Part shown: positions 47,798 through 58,331 of the stretch, piece by piece
Layout: every line of letters starts with the position of its first letter
Position numbering within the stretch: the first letter of the stretch is position 1
Notes under the pieces: model-generated
The model's input: only the letters and a program-made list of their open reading frames with translations
Databases searched by the model: none
What the model was told of the DNA's origin: nothing
Translations under genes and position numbers: made by a program
Assembly: GCA_965219455.1 (NCBI GenBank)
Contig: OZ244744.1
Coordinates: forward strand, 5,780,229 to 5,844,228
DNA from: Candidatus Latescibacterota bacterium
Lineage (GTDB): Bacteria > Latescibacterota > UBA2968 > GCA-2709665
Reading direction: 5' to 3'
DNA length: 64,000 nt

Positions 47798-49726
47798 CTA
47801 CCGCTCGAAGAAATACTGCTCAGGATGCGTATAGCCCGGCGTGAGCAGCGGGTTATCGCTCAGGCCGAATTCGGGTACATTCCGGAAGTCGTTCCTGACC
47901 ACGAACAACCCGTCGAATCCGCCGCAAATGCCAATGCGCCACAGATTTTCTGCGTGCAACCGCACCGCCTTCTTGACCAGCGCCACCTGCTCTGCTTCGT
48001 CCACCGTGGTCATCGCCTTCTCGTAAATCTCCACGATGCGTGCAATGTCGCCGGTCGGTTTTTCTCCTGCCCTGCCCCCACTGCTGTACCAGAGGCCATG
48101 AAGCGGCGCCCAGTAAGCCGTCGACGCTGAAGGGAAAAACCAGACCGGATCCATCAGCGGCCGAAACCCGCCCGACGCGGCGTAGACGGAGACGTGGTGC
48201 TCCCCCGCCGTCGCGCGGGTCACCCACAGCGCCACGTCCTCGGGTTTAACGGTGGACTGGATGCCCAGCGCCTTCCACTGGGAAGCCAGCAATTCGGCCA
48301 CGTCCACGTAGGCCGTACCGGGCGTGAATCCAGCAATCGTGAATTTCAACCTCTTGCCGTCGGGACGCAACCGGTATCCCGCGTTATCCCGTTTGTCGAG
48401 TCCGACCTCATCCAGGAGGCGGTTCGCCTGATCCAAGTCGAACGAAGTGTACATTGTATCGGTACCAGGTACGCCATGGAGTTCATCCGTATAAGGGACA
48501 ACCTGTCTTGGCTCGGTCACCCCCATGTAGAACAGATCGATCATCTGCCTGCGGTCGATGCCGAGAGACAGCGCCCGTCTGAAGGTGCGATTTCTGAGCA
48601 GCGCGCCCATCACGGAATCCTGGTGGGTGTAGTTCTGATTCAGATACACGGTTCCCTGCCCCGTGGTTGCCGGTTTCCAGCGAAATATCCGGTATCCCCC
48701 ACTCTCCCTGTGCTCCATCAGCAACGGATAATTCATGAACTCGACCCGCCGGCTCTGCATATCGATCTCTCCGGCAATGGCCTTGAGGGTCACCGTTTCC
48801 GCACTCTGGACAAGCGTCATTTCCACCCTGTCGATGTAGGGAAGCTGGTTGCCCTCCGGATCCACCTTCCAGTAATACGGGTTGCGCTCCGCGATGAAGA
48901 TGGCCGCATCCGCTCCCGTCCTTGCCTGCCAGGCGCACAGGACGGGACGGTCGGGGTTCAGAAACGCATTGCTCTTGGTTTCGTACAGCGCCATCCACGT
49001 GTCGTACCCTTCCGCGACCACGAGAGCGTCCAGTTCCGTTTCCGAAACATAGGTGGGATGGAAGCGCTTGAGATAGTGCTTCGGCGGCGGACCGGCGACC
49101 ACATCCGTCCACGATGCCAGCCACTGCAGGATCACGCCGTTCGATTTCACGAAGCTAAAGCGAATTGTATGGTCGTCCAAACGCTCGACAACGCCCAGTT
49201 CGCCGGCGATCGTGAGCCAGCTCGGCTTGACCGGATTCAGATCGTCATTACGGATAACGTCTTCGTACCAGAACATGTAATCGTCGGCGGTGAACGGCGT
49301 CCCGTCGGACCAGCGAAGCCCCTTCCGCAAATGAAACGTAAATTCCCGTCCATCCTCGGAAACCTCCCACGAGCGGGCGAGATTGGGCTCCACCCGGGTG
49401 TAATCCTTCGACCAGCGCAGGAGAGGATCGTACGTCAGCCGCATCCATCCGGCCCGGTCCGGCATGCCCATGTGTACCCGCCGCCACGTTCCGCCGTACC
49501 GGCCGATCCGCTCCACGGGATGCACCACCGCCGGCACGTCGGGCAGCCGCTCCCGCAGCGGCGGAAGCTGTCCCGTTTGGACGCGCACACGGAGCAGTGG
49601 CGCTTCATTCAACGCCTCTCTGGACGCCGGGACCGGATCCGCGAAAGAAAACAGACAGGCGAGTAAAACAAACCCACTCAACACGGGACGAGCCTTCCTG
49701 CGGAACGGTTTCCTGGAGTTCATCAT
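47798..49726 (-). CDS. ABC transporter substrate-binding protein, family 5 (peptide/oligosaccharide)
   Basis: Signal peptide; [33 protein letters not shown] and [20 protein letters not shown] motifs. Confidence 0.93.
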   Translation of the reverse strand: MMNSRKPFRRKARPVLSGFVLLACLFSFADPVPASREALNEAPLLRVRVQTGQLPPLRERLPDVPAVVHPVERIGRYGGTWRRVHMGMPDRAGWMRLTYDPLLRWSKDYTRVEPNLARSWEVSEDGREFTFHLRKGLRWSDGTPFTADDYMFWYEDVIRNDDLNPVKPSWLTIAGELGVVERLDDHTIRFSFVKSNGVILQWLASWTDVVAGPPPKHYLKRFHPTYVSETELDALVVAEGYDTWMALYETKSNAFLNPDRPVLCAWQARTGADAAIFIAERNPYYWKVDPEGNQLPYIDRVEMTLVQSAETVTLKAIAGEIDMQSRRVEFMNYPLLMEHRESGGYRIFRWKPATTGQGTVYLNQNYTHQDSVMGALLRNRTFRRALSLGIDRRQMIDLFYMGVTEPRQVVPYTDELHGVPGTDTMYTSFDLDQANRLLDEVGLDKRDNAGYRLRPDGKRLKFTIAGFTPGTAYVDVAELLASQWKALGIQSTVKPEDVALWVTRATAGEHHVSVYAASGGFRPLMDPVWFFPSASTAYWAPLHGLWYSSGGRAGEKPTGDIARIVEIYEKAMTTVDEAEQVALVKKAVRLHAENLWRIGICGGFDGLFVVRNDFRNVPEFGLSDNPLLTPGYTHPEQYFFER

Positions 49727-50751
49727 ACTTCAATGCCGACCAACTGCAGCGTGTCGCTGAAATGGCAGCGGACATAATGCGGGTCTTTATCCGTCGGCGA
49801 GACGTTGACGAGTTCCGGTGATTCCTCACGGCACACGGCCTCGGCGTACGGGCACCGGGGGTGGAAATAACACCCCGAGGGCGGATTGGCCGGATCGGCC
49901 ACTTCCCCCTGCAGCAGTATCTTCCGCTTTTTGTATGCCGGATCGGGCTTAGGGACGGCGGACAGCAACGCTTCGGTGTAGGGGTGTTTGGGCGTGGCGA
50001 ACAACGTCTCCTCGTCCGCCAACTCCACGATCTGGCCCACGTACATGATAGCGATACGGTCGCTGATATGCTCCACCACCGCCAGATCGTGGGAAATGAA
50101 CAGATAGGTGAGCCCCATCCGCTCCTGCAGGTCCTGGAGCAGGTTCAGCACCTGGGCCTGAACCGACACGTCCAGCGCAGAGACGGGTTCATCGCCTATG
50201 ATCAGCCTGGGGTTCAATGCCAGGGCTCTGGCGACACCGATCCGCTGCCGCTGTCCGCCGCTGAACGCATGGGGATAACGCCGCATAAACTGAGGGTCCA
50301 TCCCCACGACCCTGAGCAGCTCCGCGACCCGATCCTCAAGTTCGGCGCCCCGCGAGATCCGGTTCACCACAAGCGGCTCCGCGACGATATCGAATACCGT
50401 CATCCTGGGATTCAGCGACGAATACGGGTCCTGAAACACCATCTGCATATGCCGGCGAAACTTCCTCAACTCCCGCCCGGACATACGACAGACGTCGATC
50501 ATCCGTCCTCCGTCCTCGAAGAGTACCTCCCCGCCGGTCGGTTCGATCGCCCTCAGAATGCTACGGCCGACCGTCGTCTTGCCACACCCGCTCTCGCCGA
50601 TCAGGCCCAGCGTCTCCTGTTTCTTTACCGCGAAACTGACCCCGTCCACCGCCTTCACCTGACCCACCACGCGTTTCATAAACCCTTCGGTGATGGGGAA
50701 ATACTTGCGCAGGTTCTTCACCTCCAGCAGTGCGGTTTCGTTGTTGGGCAT
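49723..50751 (-). CDS. Oligopeptide/dipeptide-type ABC ATPase (OppF-like)
   Basis: [25 protein letters not shown] and [12 protein letters not shown] motifs. Confidence 0.95.
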   Translation of the reverse strand: MPNNETALLEVKNLRKYFPITEGFMKRVVGQVKAVDGVSFAVKKQETLGLIGESGCGKTTVGRSILRAIEPTGGEVLFEDGGRMIDVCRMSGRELRKFRRHMQMVFQDPYSSLNPRMTVFDIVAEPLVVNRISRGAELEDRVAELLRVVGMDPQFMRRYPHAFSGGQRQRIGVARALALNPRLIIGDEPVSALDVSVQAQVLNLLQDLQERMGLTYLFISHDLAVVEHISDRIAIMYVGQIVELADEETLFATPKHPYTEALLSAVPKPDPAYKKRKILLQGEVADPANPPSGCYFHPRCPYAEAVCREESPELVNVSPTDKDPHYVRCHFSDTLQLVGIEV

Positions 50752-50799
50752 CTTTTTCTTTCTTCGCGATATCGAAGGACCCACCCGAACGCGAAAGCG

Positions 50800-51801
50800 T
50801 CAGGACGGGTCGGAATACAGGAAACAACTCACGTCGTGCCCGGAACCGATCGTTGTTAAAGCCGGCTCATACCGGTCGCAGACACCGTCTATCCGGTCCG
50901 GACACCGCGGATGGAACTTGCAGCCCGAGGGCAACTCGTACGGATTCGGCACCGATCCCTCGATGGACAGCAGTCCTTCCTTCGCCTTGCGTCCCAGCCG
51001 GGGAATGGACTTCAGCAGGGCGCGGGTATAGGGATGCCCGGGCTCGTTAAAGATGGTCTCGCACCGCGCAAACTCCACGACCTTACCCAGGTACATGACC
51101 ATCGCGTGGTCGGCCACTTCCGCCACCACCCCCAGGTTGTGCGTGATCATCATAATGGAGGTATGGATCTCCTCCTGTAACGCCTTCAGCAGATCCAGAA
51201 TCTGCGCCTGTGTGGTCACGTCCAGCGCCGTTGTTGGCTCATCGGCAATCAGCAGACGCGGCCGGCAGGACAGACTCATTGCGATCATCGCCCGCTGGCG
51301 CATGCCTCCGCTCAACTGGTGGGGATAGGCATCCACCCGCCGCTCCGGTTCCGGGATACCGCACTTGTGTAACATATCGATGGCGATCTCCCTGGCCTCC
51401 TTCCGATCCGCGCGCCGATGCAGCCGGATGGCCTCTTCGATCTGATTCCCTATCGTATGGACCGGGCTCAGACACGTCATCGGCTCCTGAAACATCATGG
51501 CGATTTCCTTGCCGCGGATACTTCTGATCTCCCTTCCGTTCGGCTTCAACCCGGCCAGATCCACAACCCGTCCATTGGCGTTCAGCAGCACCTTGCCCTT
51601 GACGATCCGTCCGTTCTTGGGCAGGATCTGGAGAATAGACTGCGCCGTCACGCTCTTGCCACAGCCACTTTCGCCCACGACCCCCAGCGTCTCTCCCTTC
51701 ATCATCTGAAAATCCACGCCGTCCACGGCCCGCACCGTACCTTCATCTGAGAAAAAATACGCGCGTAGATCACGGACTTCGAGCAACACCGATGGATCCA
51801 T
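50800..51801 (-). CDS. Oligopeptide/dipeptide-type ABC ATPase (OppD-like)
   Basis: [24 protein letters not shown] and GCKFHPRC motifs. Confidence 0.95.
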   Translation of the reverse strand: MDPSVLLEVRDLRAYFFSDEGTVRAVDGVDFQMMKGETLGVVGESGCGKSVTAQSILQILPKNGRIVKGKVLLNANGRVVDLAGLKPNGREIRSIRGKEIAMMFQEPMTCLSPVHTIGNQIEEAIRLHRRADRKEAREIAIDMLHKCGIPEPERRVDAYPHQLSGGMRQRAMIAMSLSCRPRLLIADEPTTALDVTTQAQILDLLKALQEEIHTSIMMITHNLGVVAEVADHAMVMYLGKVVEFARCETIFNEPGHPYTRALLKSIPRLGRKAKEGLLSIEGSVPNPYELPSGCKFHPRCPDRIDGVCDRYEPALTTIGSGHDVSCFLYSDPS

Positions 51802-51810
51802 CGTTGTCCC

Positions 51811-52998
51811 CTACCTGGTATATGGATCGGCCGCGTCTCTCAGCCCATCTCCCAGAAAATTGAACGCCAGCACCACGACGATAACAAACAGGCCCGGCAG
51901 AAGCAGCCATGGAAAATGCGCCACAGCCCGGATATTCATCGCATCCTGCAACAGCACGCCCCAGCTGATGGCCGGCGATCGCAACCCCAACCCGATGAAG
52001 CTTAGCGCCGTCTCGCCCAGGATCATTTGCGGAACCGCCAGCGTAAGCGCGGCGATGATGTAACTCATAAACGAAGGCACCATGTGCCTGGCGATGATCC
52101 GGCTTTCCCGGGCGCCGGCCAGGCGCGCCGCCATCACGAAATCCTCTTCCCTCAAAGCCAGAAACCGCCCGCGCACAACACGGGCCAGACCGGTCCAGCC
52201 CACAAAGGCCAGAATGATCGTAATGCCGAAATAGACACGGATGATCGGCCAGTCGGGGGGCAGCGCCGCACTGAGCGTCATCCAGAGCGGCAGGCCCGGA
52301 ATTCCCATGATGAACTCGATCAATCGCTGGATCACGTCGTCGATTCTACCGCCGTAGTAGCCGGAAATACCGCCCATAATCAGCCCGAGCACAAAGCTGA
52401 TGGATATCCCGATCAGTCCGATGGAAAGGGAAATCCGCGCGCCGTAGGCGATTCGAGACAGCAGATCCCGGCCCATCCGGTCCGCCCCCAGCAGGAACAG
52501 GCGCTCCCTGTTCTCGAGACCGAGCAGACGGCGATGCATGGGGATCCACCCCCAGAGGGTATACGGATCCCCCACGACAAAGAACCGAATATGGAAGCGC
52601 CGGGAGCGATCTTCGAGATAGGAAAGGCGGAGCGTGACCGGATCCCGGTGCTGGATATTCCGGTACACGAAGGGCCTCAAATGAAACGCCCCTCCGCTGT
52701 CGAAAAATCGAACCGTCTGAGGAGGCGCGTGAATATACTTCGTATTCAGGAGGTGCGGATCGTGCGGCGCCACAAATTCACAGAAACCCGCCACCAGATA
52801 AAAGAGAATCAGCACCACGCCCGCGATCTTCGCCAGCTGGTGTTTCCGGAATTTCCACCACATCAGCCGCCACTGAGAAGCCACGAGCACCCGCGCCCCG
52901 GATTCTTGTTCGGGGGGCCCCGCGTGCGGCCGCCTGCGATATCCGAATATACCGTCGGCCTGCAGCTTCCGAAATACACCCTTCAACGACTTCGTCAT
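51811..52998 (-). CDS. ABC permease (OppC/DppC-like)
   Basis: LGADRMGRDLLSR, EEDFVMAARLAGA and FNFLGDGLRDAADP motifs. Confidence 0.94.
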   Translation of the reverse strand: MTKSLKGVFRKLQADGIFGYRRRPHAGPPEQESGARVLVASQWRLMWWKFRKHQLAKIAGVVLILFYLVAGFCEFVAPHDPHLLNTKYIHAPPQTVRFFDSGGAFHLRPFVYRNIQHRDPVTLRLSYLEDRSRRFHIRFFVVGDPYTLWGWIPMHRRLLGLENRERLFLLGADRMGRDLLSRIAYGARISLSIGLIGISISFVLGLIMGGISGYYGGRIDDVIQRLIEFIMGIPGLPLWMTLSAALPPDWPIIRVYFGITIILAFVGWTGLARVVRGRFLALREEDFVMAARLAGARESRIIARHMVPSFMSYIIAALTLAVPQMILGETALSFIGLGLRSPAISWGVLLQDAMNIRAVAHFPWLLLPGLFVIVVVLAFNFLGDGLRDAADPYTR

Positions 52999-53086
52999 CG
53001 GCGGCAGACCCTCTGAACGTCTCTTGTTGTGCGGTTCCGTGGCAATTTCGAACGACTCCTGCGCATTCTCCGGCGTATCCGGAGGT

Positions 53087-54076
53087 TTATGAGTACCGAA
53101 TTCGCGGATCGACCCATGCCAGCAGAATATCCGAAATCAGCGTCCCAATCACCGTCAACGTACTCAGAATAAGCATAAAGCTTCCGGCCAGGTACATATC
53201 CTGATTGGTGAGCGCGCCCAGCAGGAGCGGCCCGGTGGTGGGCAGATTCAACACGATGGACACCAGGATCTCTCCCGCGATCAGCCTGGGCAGCAACCAG
53301 CCCAGGGTGCTGAAGAAGGGGTTCAGGGCAATCCGCACGGGATACTTGAAGAGCAGCTTCAATTCCGACACCCCTTTTGCCCTGGCGGTCACAACATACG
53401 GCTTGTGCAATTCATCCAGCATCTGAGCACGGATCACGCGGATCGTCCCGGCAGTCCCCGCGGTTCCCAGGATCACCATGGGAATCCACAGGTGGGCGAG
53501 CAGGTCCAATGCCTTCCCGAACGACCATGACGCATCGATGAACTCCGGAGAAGAGAGCCCGACCAGCACGCTTCCGGTGGACACAAAGACAATCCATAGC
53601 GCGATCAGGGCCAGCATGAACGGCGGCGTCGCCAGTCCCAGGAATCCCAGAAACGTGAAAATATAGTCGCCGATTGAATACTGCCGCACCGCGGAATAGA
53701 TGCCTATGGGAATCGCGACCACCCATATGAAGAGCACCGAACTCGCGCTCACTATCACGGTAAGGCTGACCCGATCCCACAGCAGATCGCTCACCGGCCG
53801 CCCCCACAGCAGCGACATCCCGAAATCACCCTGTGTGACGATTCCCGTCATCCAGGTCCAGTACTGGACGTAGACCGGACTGCCCAGCCCGTACCGCGCC
53901 CTCAGCGCCTCGATGACCTCCTCGCTCACCGTTTCGCCCATTGACGTGAGTTGCGCCAGGTACGAGGTGAGGAAGTCTCCGGGCGGAAGCTGGATAATCA
54001 AAAACGACACGATTGATATGGCGAAGAGAGTGGGAATCATCATCAGAATTCGCCACGCGATATATTTCAACATCAA
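53087..54076 (-). CDS. ABC permease (OppB/DppB-like)
   Basis: LPPGD, GDFGMS, YVVTARAKG and DPRIRY motifs. Confidence 0.94.
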   Translation of the reverse strand: MMLKYIAWRILMMIPTLFAISIVSFLIIQLPPGDFLTSYLAQLTSMGETVSEEVIEALRARYGLGSPVYVQYWTWMTGIVTQGDFGMSLLWGRPVSDLLWDRVSLTVIVSASSVLFIWVVAIPIGIYSAVRQYSIGDYIFTFLGFLGLATPPFMLALIALWIVFVSTGSVLVGLSSPEFIDASWSFGKALDLLAHLWIPMVILGTAGTAGTIRVIRAQMLDELHKPYVVTARAKGVSELKLLFKYPVRIALNPFFSTLGWLLPRLIAGEILVSIVLNLPTTGPLLLGALTNQDMYLAGSFMLILSTLTVIGTLISDILLAWVDPRIRYS

Positions 54077-54353
54077 TAGCTCTCCGGTAAAATCAAGATC
54101 CCACGGGCATGCCGGCGTGCGTCCCGTGGGGTTACACCCAAAAGCTTTAAATATAATGCCAACCGGGCAGGCTTACAAGCTAATTCCTGAAACCATGCGC
54201 TGTTCCGCGGTGTAGCTTGTCAGCGAGAGCGTGGCCGGGAGACCTGGCACACCGACGATAGTTCAGCCGTGCGGATTACCCTTCGGCCTTGCTCCACGCG
54301 CGCTTTATTCCTATCTTTCGCAGAAAGGATGTCGCTGGCCTGACAATGGCCCC

Positions 54354-55019
54354 TGTCATTCTGAGTGCAGCGAAGAATCTGCCGCCACTTCCGTTCTGCG
54401 CGGGAGGCGGACGTGCCGCCTCTCAGGTATCGACATGTGCAATTCGCGCGGGGATGATCCGATGCCGCAGTAGATCCTTCGTCGGCCTGGCGGCCTCCTC
54501 AGGATGACAGTGGGAAGCAAGGGACTATCGGCCATCGTGTCATTCTGAGCGAAGTCGAAGAATCTCCCGTCTGTGCGATTGTACGTTTAGCACATGCCCT
54601 TCGAGGACGCACTTGTGCGTGGACACATCGCCTGCTGGCGGCCTCCTCAGGATGACAGTGGGAAGCAACGTACCTTGACTATCGGCCATCATGTCATTCT
54701 GAGCGAAGTCCAAGCATCTGCCGCTACTTTCGTCCTGTGCATGCAGCGGACGTGCCGCCTCTCAGGTGTCGCCACGTGCAAAACGCGCGGGGATGATCCG
54801 ATGCCGCAGTAGATCCTTCGTCGGCCTGGCGGCCTCCTCAGGATGACATTATTGGCAAACGTGTGACCGAGACATTTCACCAATGGTTATTGCAAATCAT
54901 GTCATTCTGAGCGAAGTCGAAGAATCTCCCGTCTGTGCGATTGTACGTTTAGCACATGCCCTTCGAGGACGCACTTGTGCGCGGACACATCGCCTGCTGG
55001 CGGCCTCCTCAGGATGACA
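54354..55019. repeat. Array of four inverted-repeat-bounded REP/MITE-like units in ABAB order
   Basis: Units at 54354-54509, 54538-54657, 54692-54848 and 54900-55019, each TGTCATTCTGAG...CCTCCTCAGGATGACA. Confidence 0.92.
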
Positions 55020-55064
55020 GTTTTAGCCAACACGTGACGGACGTATTCCGCAAACGATCCCGGA

Positions 55065-56231
55065 ATGTCCATGAAAGTCAGGAAGTCCAGAAGCCTGGTT
55101 TTAACCATACTAATCCTGGTCCTGTCACTCCCGACAACCCCGTCAGGCGCCGCCGAAAACCCGTCGAGATTACGGGTTGACGGACACAGAATCATCAGCG
55201 TGAACGCCTCCGCGGCCGACTTCGACGGCGGCGGAGACGTGGACCTTTCGGACTTTCTTTTGTTTGCGGACGCCTTCGGCTCGTCCAGCGTCGATTACGA
55301 CCTCGACAGCAGCGGAAGCGTCGATTTCGCCGACTTTCTGGCTTTCGCCAACGCGTTCGGTCAGCGTGTCGACGTCGTCATGCGCGGCGTTGCCGTGATC
55401 GATCCGTACTTTCTGCGCGCCGCCACCCGCCGCGGGACGGACGCACTCGACATTCTGGCCGACGAATGGAACGTGGACGTCATCCGGGTGCCCATTCATC
55501 CCGACCTCTGGCAGCGGTATCGGGACTACCTGTCCAGGTTCGTCGATCCGATCGTCGCCTGGGGGCAGCGGCGAGGCGTTTACATCTTTCTTGGCTGGCA
55601 CGCTCACGGGAACCCGCTTACCGGGCAGACCGAACTCCCCGAATGGGGGTACCAACACCCCTGGAGCGGCAATCCGTACAACCCCGATCTGTCCCTTGCA
55701 ATTGAGGCTCTTGACGAGATCGCCAGAAGATACACCGACCGGCCCCACGTCATGTACGGCACGTTCAACGAACCCGCATTCATCACATGGACCGAATGGC
55801 GCCCCATCGCCGAATCGCTCGTAGACGTCATCCACGCCGTGGATCCCCGGGCGCTCGTCCTGGTTTCCGGCACCGACTGGGGGTACGACCTGAGCGGCGC
55901 CCTCGACGACCCGGTGGACCGCCCCAACGTCGTTTATGAAACCCATCCCTATCCCTGGAAAGGCGAAGCGTGGAAGGGCGTTCTTGGGGATCTGGATAAA
56001 ACCGCAGCGGTCTTCCTGGGCGAATGGGGGTACGGTCATTCGGAAGACCCCGGAAGAATCAGACAGGACTACGGCCGGCCCCTGGTCGACTTCTGCCGGA
56101 CCCGCAACATCGGATGGACCGCCTGGATCTGGCACGACGAATGGACGCCATCCATGCTGACCTCCTTCAGGACCTTCGACACGACCGACTTCGGCGACTT
56201 CGTCAAGCTTGTTCTCAACAACGGGCAATAA
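55065..56231 (+). CDS. Secreted glycoside hydrolase family 5 with a dockerin/EF-hand-like module
   Basis: Signal peptide; IRVP, WH, FNEP (acid/base), ETHPY, FLGEWG (nucleophile) and GWTAW motifs; paired DFDG..DF repeats. Confidence 0.88.
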   Translation: MSMKVRKSRSLVLTILILVLSLPTTPSGAAENPSRLRVDGHRIISVNASAADFDGGGDVDLSDFLLFADAFGSSSVDYDLDSSGSVDFADFLAFANAFGQRVDVVMRGVAVIDPYFLRAATRRGTDALDILADEWNVDVIRVPIHPDLWQRYRDYLSRFVDPIVAWGQRRGVYIFLGWHAHGNPLTGQTELPEWGYQHPWSGNPYNPDLSLAIEALDEIARRYTDRPHVMYGTFNEPAFITWTEWRPIAESLVDVIHAVDPRALVLVSGTDWGYDLSGALDDPVDRPNVVYETHPYPWKGEAWKGVLGDLDKTAAVFLGEWGYGHSEDPGRIRQDYGRPLVDFCRTRNIGWTAWIWHDEWTPSMLTSFRTFDTTDFGDFVKLVLNNGQ

Positions 56232-56279
56232 CGGTCGGCGCGGTACCGGGCCCTCCGCATATCAGAGGAGTATCCGTCC

Positions 56280-57323
56280 ATGGATCCAATCGTTCCCGAT
56301 ACATCCTCCTGGGGCGATCCCGACTGGGGCATCAGGGTACCGCCGCGCGACGGACGGGGAATTCTCCTTCCCGACTGTCTTGTCGGCAAATCCGGCAGCG
56401 TCCCGGACCGGGCGCCGCCCAACCACGGTCTGGCGCAACGGGGTTCGGTTGTGGACCCCAAAACCCCCGCTTTCGACTTCGGCATCGTTCAAAAAGCCGA
56501 GGTGTGGGCGGAGAATATCGCCGACCTGGTGGAACAGGCCAAACAGGGTCAGTGGAATGCCACAACGGATATCCCATGGCACGACCTGTCCGAACTTCCC
56601 GAAGACCTGGAACGCGCGGTCTGTCAGATCTGCACCTTCATGATCCAGAACGAATACCTGGCCCTTTACCTTCCCGCCAAGTTCATCGGACGCATCGACC
56701 CTTGCTTTTCAGAAGTCATCCAGTTTCTCTCCAGCCAGGTCATGGACGAGGCAAGGCACGTTGAAGTCTTCACCAAACGGGCGCTGGCCAACGGCGGCGG
56801 CCTGCAATACGTTTCGTCCGCCACGGAATGGTCTCTTCAGAGCCTGCTCGCCCAGGACGACTTCACGGACGCCTCCTTCCTCCTCCACGTGCTGGGCGAA
56901 GGCACCTTCATGGAATTGCTCAGATTCCTGGAGGAAGTGTCTCCGGACCCCGTTACCGCGCGGGTCTTCAAACTCGCCCGCCAGGACGAGGGCCGACACG
57001 TGGGGTACGGTCTTTCCCACATCGGGTACCACGTCCAGCATCAACCCGAAGTCATCGACCGACTCGCCAGCGCCGCCGAAAAACGCACCGCCTTTCTTCA
57101 GCAGGTATCGGGCGCAAGTCCCTTTGTGCTGAATGCGATGATGACCCTCGCCGGTGGCGGATCCTCACCCGAACAGATCGAAAAGGGCCGCAACCTGGTC
57201 CGCGACCTTTACAGTACGATGCACAGCAAACGCATACGCGAACTGATCCAGGTGGGCTTCGACGCGGAAACCGCCGCCCGCATTTCCGAACTCCACGGAA
57301 GCGGCGTGAAGAATTTCATGTAA
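56280..57323 (+). CDS. Ferritin-like di-iron carboxylate protein
   Basis: QNEY...DEARH...GEG...DEGRH ligand pattern; AGGAG RBS. Confidence 0.8.
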   Translation: MDPIVPDTSSWGDPDWGIRVPPRDGRGILLPDCLVGKSGSVPDRAPPNHGLAQRGSVVDPKTPAFDFGIVQKAEVWAENIADLVEQAKQGQWNATTDIPWHDLSELPEDLERAVCQICTFMIQNEYLALYLPAKFIGRIDPCFSEVIQFLSSQVMDEARHVEVFTKRALANGGGLQYVSSATEWSLQSLLAQDDFTDASFLLHVLGEGTFMELLRFLEEVSPDPVTARVFKLARQDEGRHVGYGLSHIGYHVQHQPEVIDRLASAAEKRTAFLQQVSGASPFVLNAMMTLAGGGSSPEQIEKGRNLVRDLYSTMHSKRIRELIQVGFDAETAARISELHGSGVKNFM

Positions 57324-57425
57324 CCGTGCTGCCGCCCCAATCGTTTGAGTTGCCGCTGTACCCGGCTCTCAGACCTCAAACCGATCCGGATGCATTGCAA
57401 GGGGAAGGATTCCCCAGGGATATCC

Positions 57426-57797
57426 ATGGGCGTTTTACACCGTTTTTCCGGCACGGAAGATTGCTACACGTGGGAAGGCGTTGACGTCGAGTCGTACGAC
57501 AAAGGCGGGGCCGTGGGGGGCACGAAACAGGTTGTGATCGGCAAGATAGACGGCGCCGTCAATTTCGGACTGCGATTTTATGAAATCGCCCCCGGCGGGC
57601 AGACCTCCTTCGACCGCCACGACCACGATCACGGCGTCTACGTCCTCAGGGGCACCGCCCGGCTGCTGATGGGATGGGAGGTCTTCGAAATCGGCCCTGG
57701 CGATATTGTGTACATTCCCCCGAACGAACAACACCAGTTCGAGAATACGGGCGAAGAGCCCTTCAGCTTCCTGTGCGCCGTTCCACCCAGGGATTAA
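57426..57797 (+). CDS. Cupin domain protein
   Basis: PGG.T..DRHDHDHGVYVLRG and GPGDIVYIPPNEQHQFEN motifs. Confidence 0.88.
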   Translation: MGVLHRFSGTEDCYTWEGVDVESYDKGGAVGGTKQVVIGKIDGAVNFGLRFYEIAPGGQTSFDRHDHDHGVYVLRGTARLLMGWEVFEIGPGDIVYIPPNEQHQFENTGEEPFSFLCAVPPRD

Positions 57798-57857
57798 AGA
57801 ACGGATAGCTGACACGAGGGGTCGAGAAGGCGCCTAACTCCTTTATTCTTAATTCCC

Positions 57858-57886
57858 TTGACACACCCGGCTGTTTTTGGTACATT
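57858..57886 (+). promoter_or_regulatory. tRNA-Glu promoter
   Basis: TTGACA-N17-TACATT with an extended TG and a GC-rich discriminator. Confidence 0.7.
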
Positions 57887-57905
57887 TCCGCCGCTTTGAC
57901 CGGGT

Positions 57906-57981
57906 GACCCCGTCGTTCAGTGGCCTAGGACACCAGGTTCTCACCCTGGAAACGGGGGTTCGACTCCCCTCGGGGTCACCA
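57906..57981 (+). tRNA. tRNA-Glu(CTC)
   Basis: Acceptor GACCCCG/CGGGGTC, anticodon arm CCAGG-TTCTCAC-CCTGG, T-loop TTCGACT, encoded CCA. Confidence 0.96.
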
Positions 57982-58006
57982 GTTTACTATACTAGACAAA
58001 AACGAC

Positions 58007-58043
58007 CCTGCTGAAACTCAATCAGCAGGACATTTCTGTTTTT
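58007..58043 (+). terminator. Hairpin after tRNA-Glu
   Basis: CCTGCTGA/TCAGCAGG stem followed by a T-rich tract. Confidence 0.55.
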
Positions 58044-58331
58044 GGGGATAAGCGGATATCTTAAACCAGTTCCTGCCGGAAGGCTTTGACTGCTTGGGGA
58101 GGAGCGTATCTAAGGGTCTGAAAGTCCTCCTTTCTTCTCATCAAGAAAACAAGAAGGCGGGTGTCCACGAGATACCGTCAATTGTTGTGGATGCGGGTCG
58201 GATGTGGACTCCACGGCTCGGTGCACGACGATGCTGCGCATTGCCGTGCACCTGGCGTCCACGGAGAATACTTACCTGAGACCAATCGGCCTCTTGGGTG
58301 ACTCATTTAACCTGAACACGTATGTATTCCA

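Noticed and set aside
48194-49666. 490-aa plus-strand ORF and similar long antisense ORFs (e.g. 19947-21407, 28322-29476, 2349-3509)
   Set aside because: Each lies opposite a well-supported gene and lacks family motifs.
54354-55019. Possible CRISPR array
   Set aside because: Units are 120-157 bp, bounded by inverted repeats, their interiors recur (ABAB) rather than being unique spacers, and there are no cas genes.
54289-55195. Short ORFs inside the repeat array (e.g. two MPFEDALVRG ORFs)
   Set aside because: They are by-products of the repeated DNA, with no RBS and differing ends.
57982-58331. Integrase remnant or att duplication after tRNA-Glu
   Set aside because: No tyrosine or serine recombinase motifs in any frame I read and no second copy of the tRNA 3' end in the window, so island status remains inferred.
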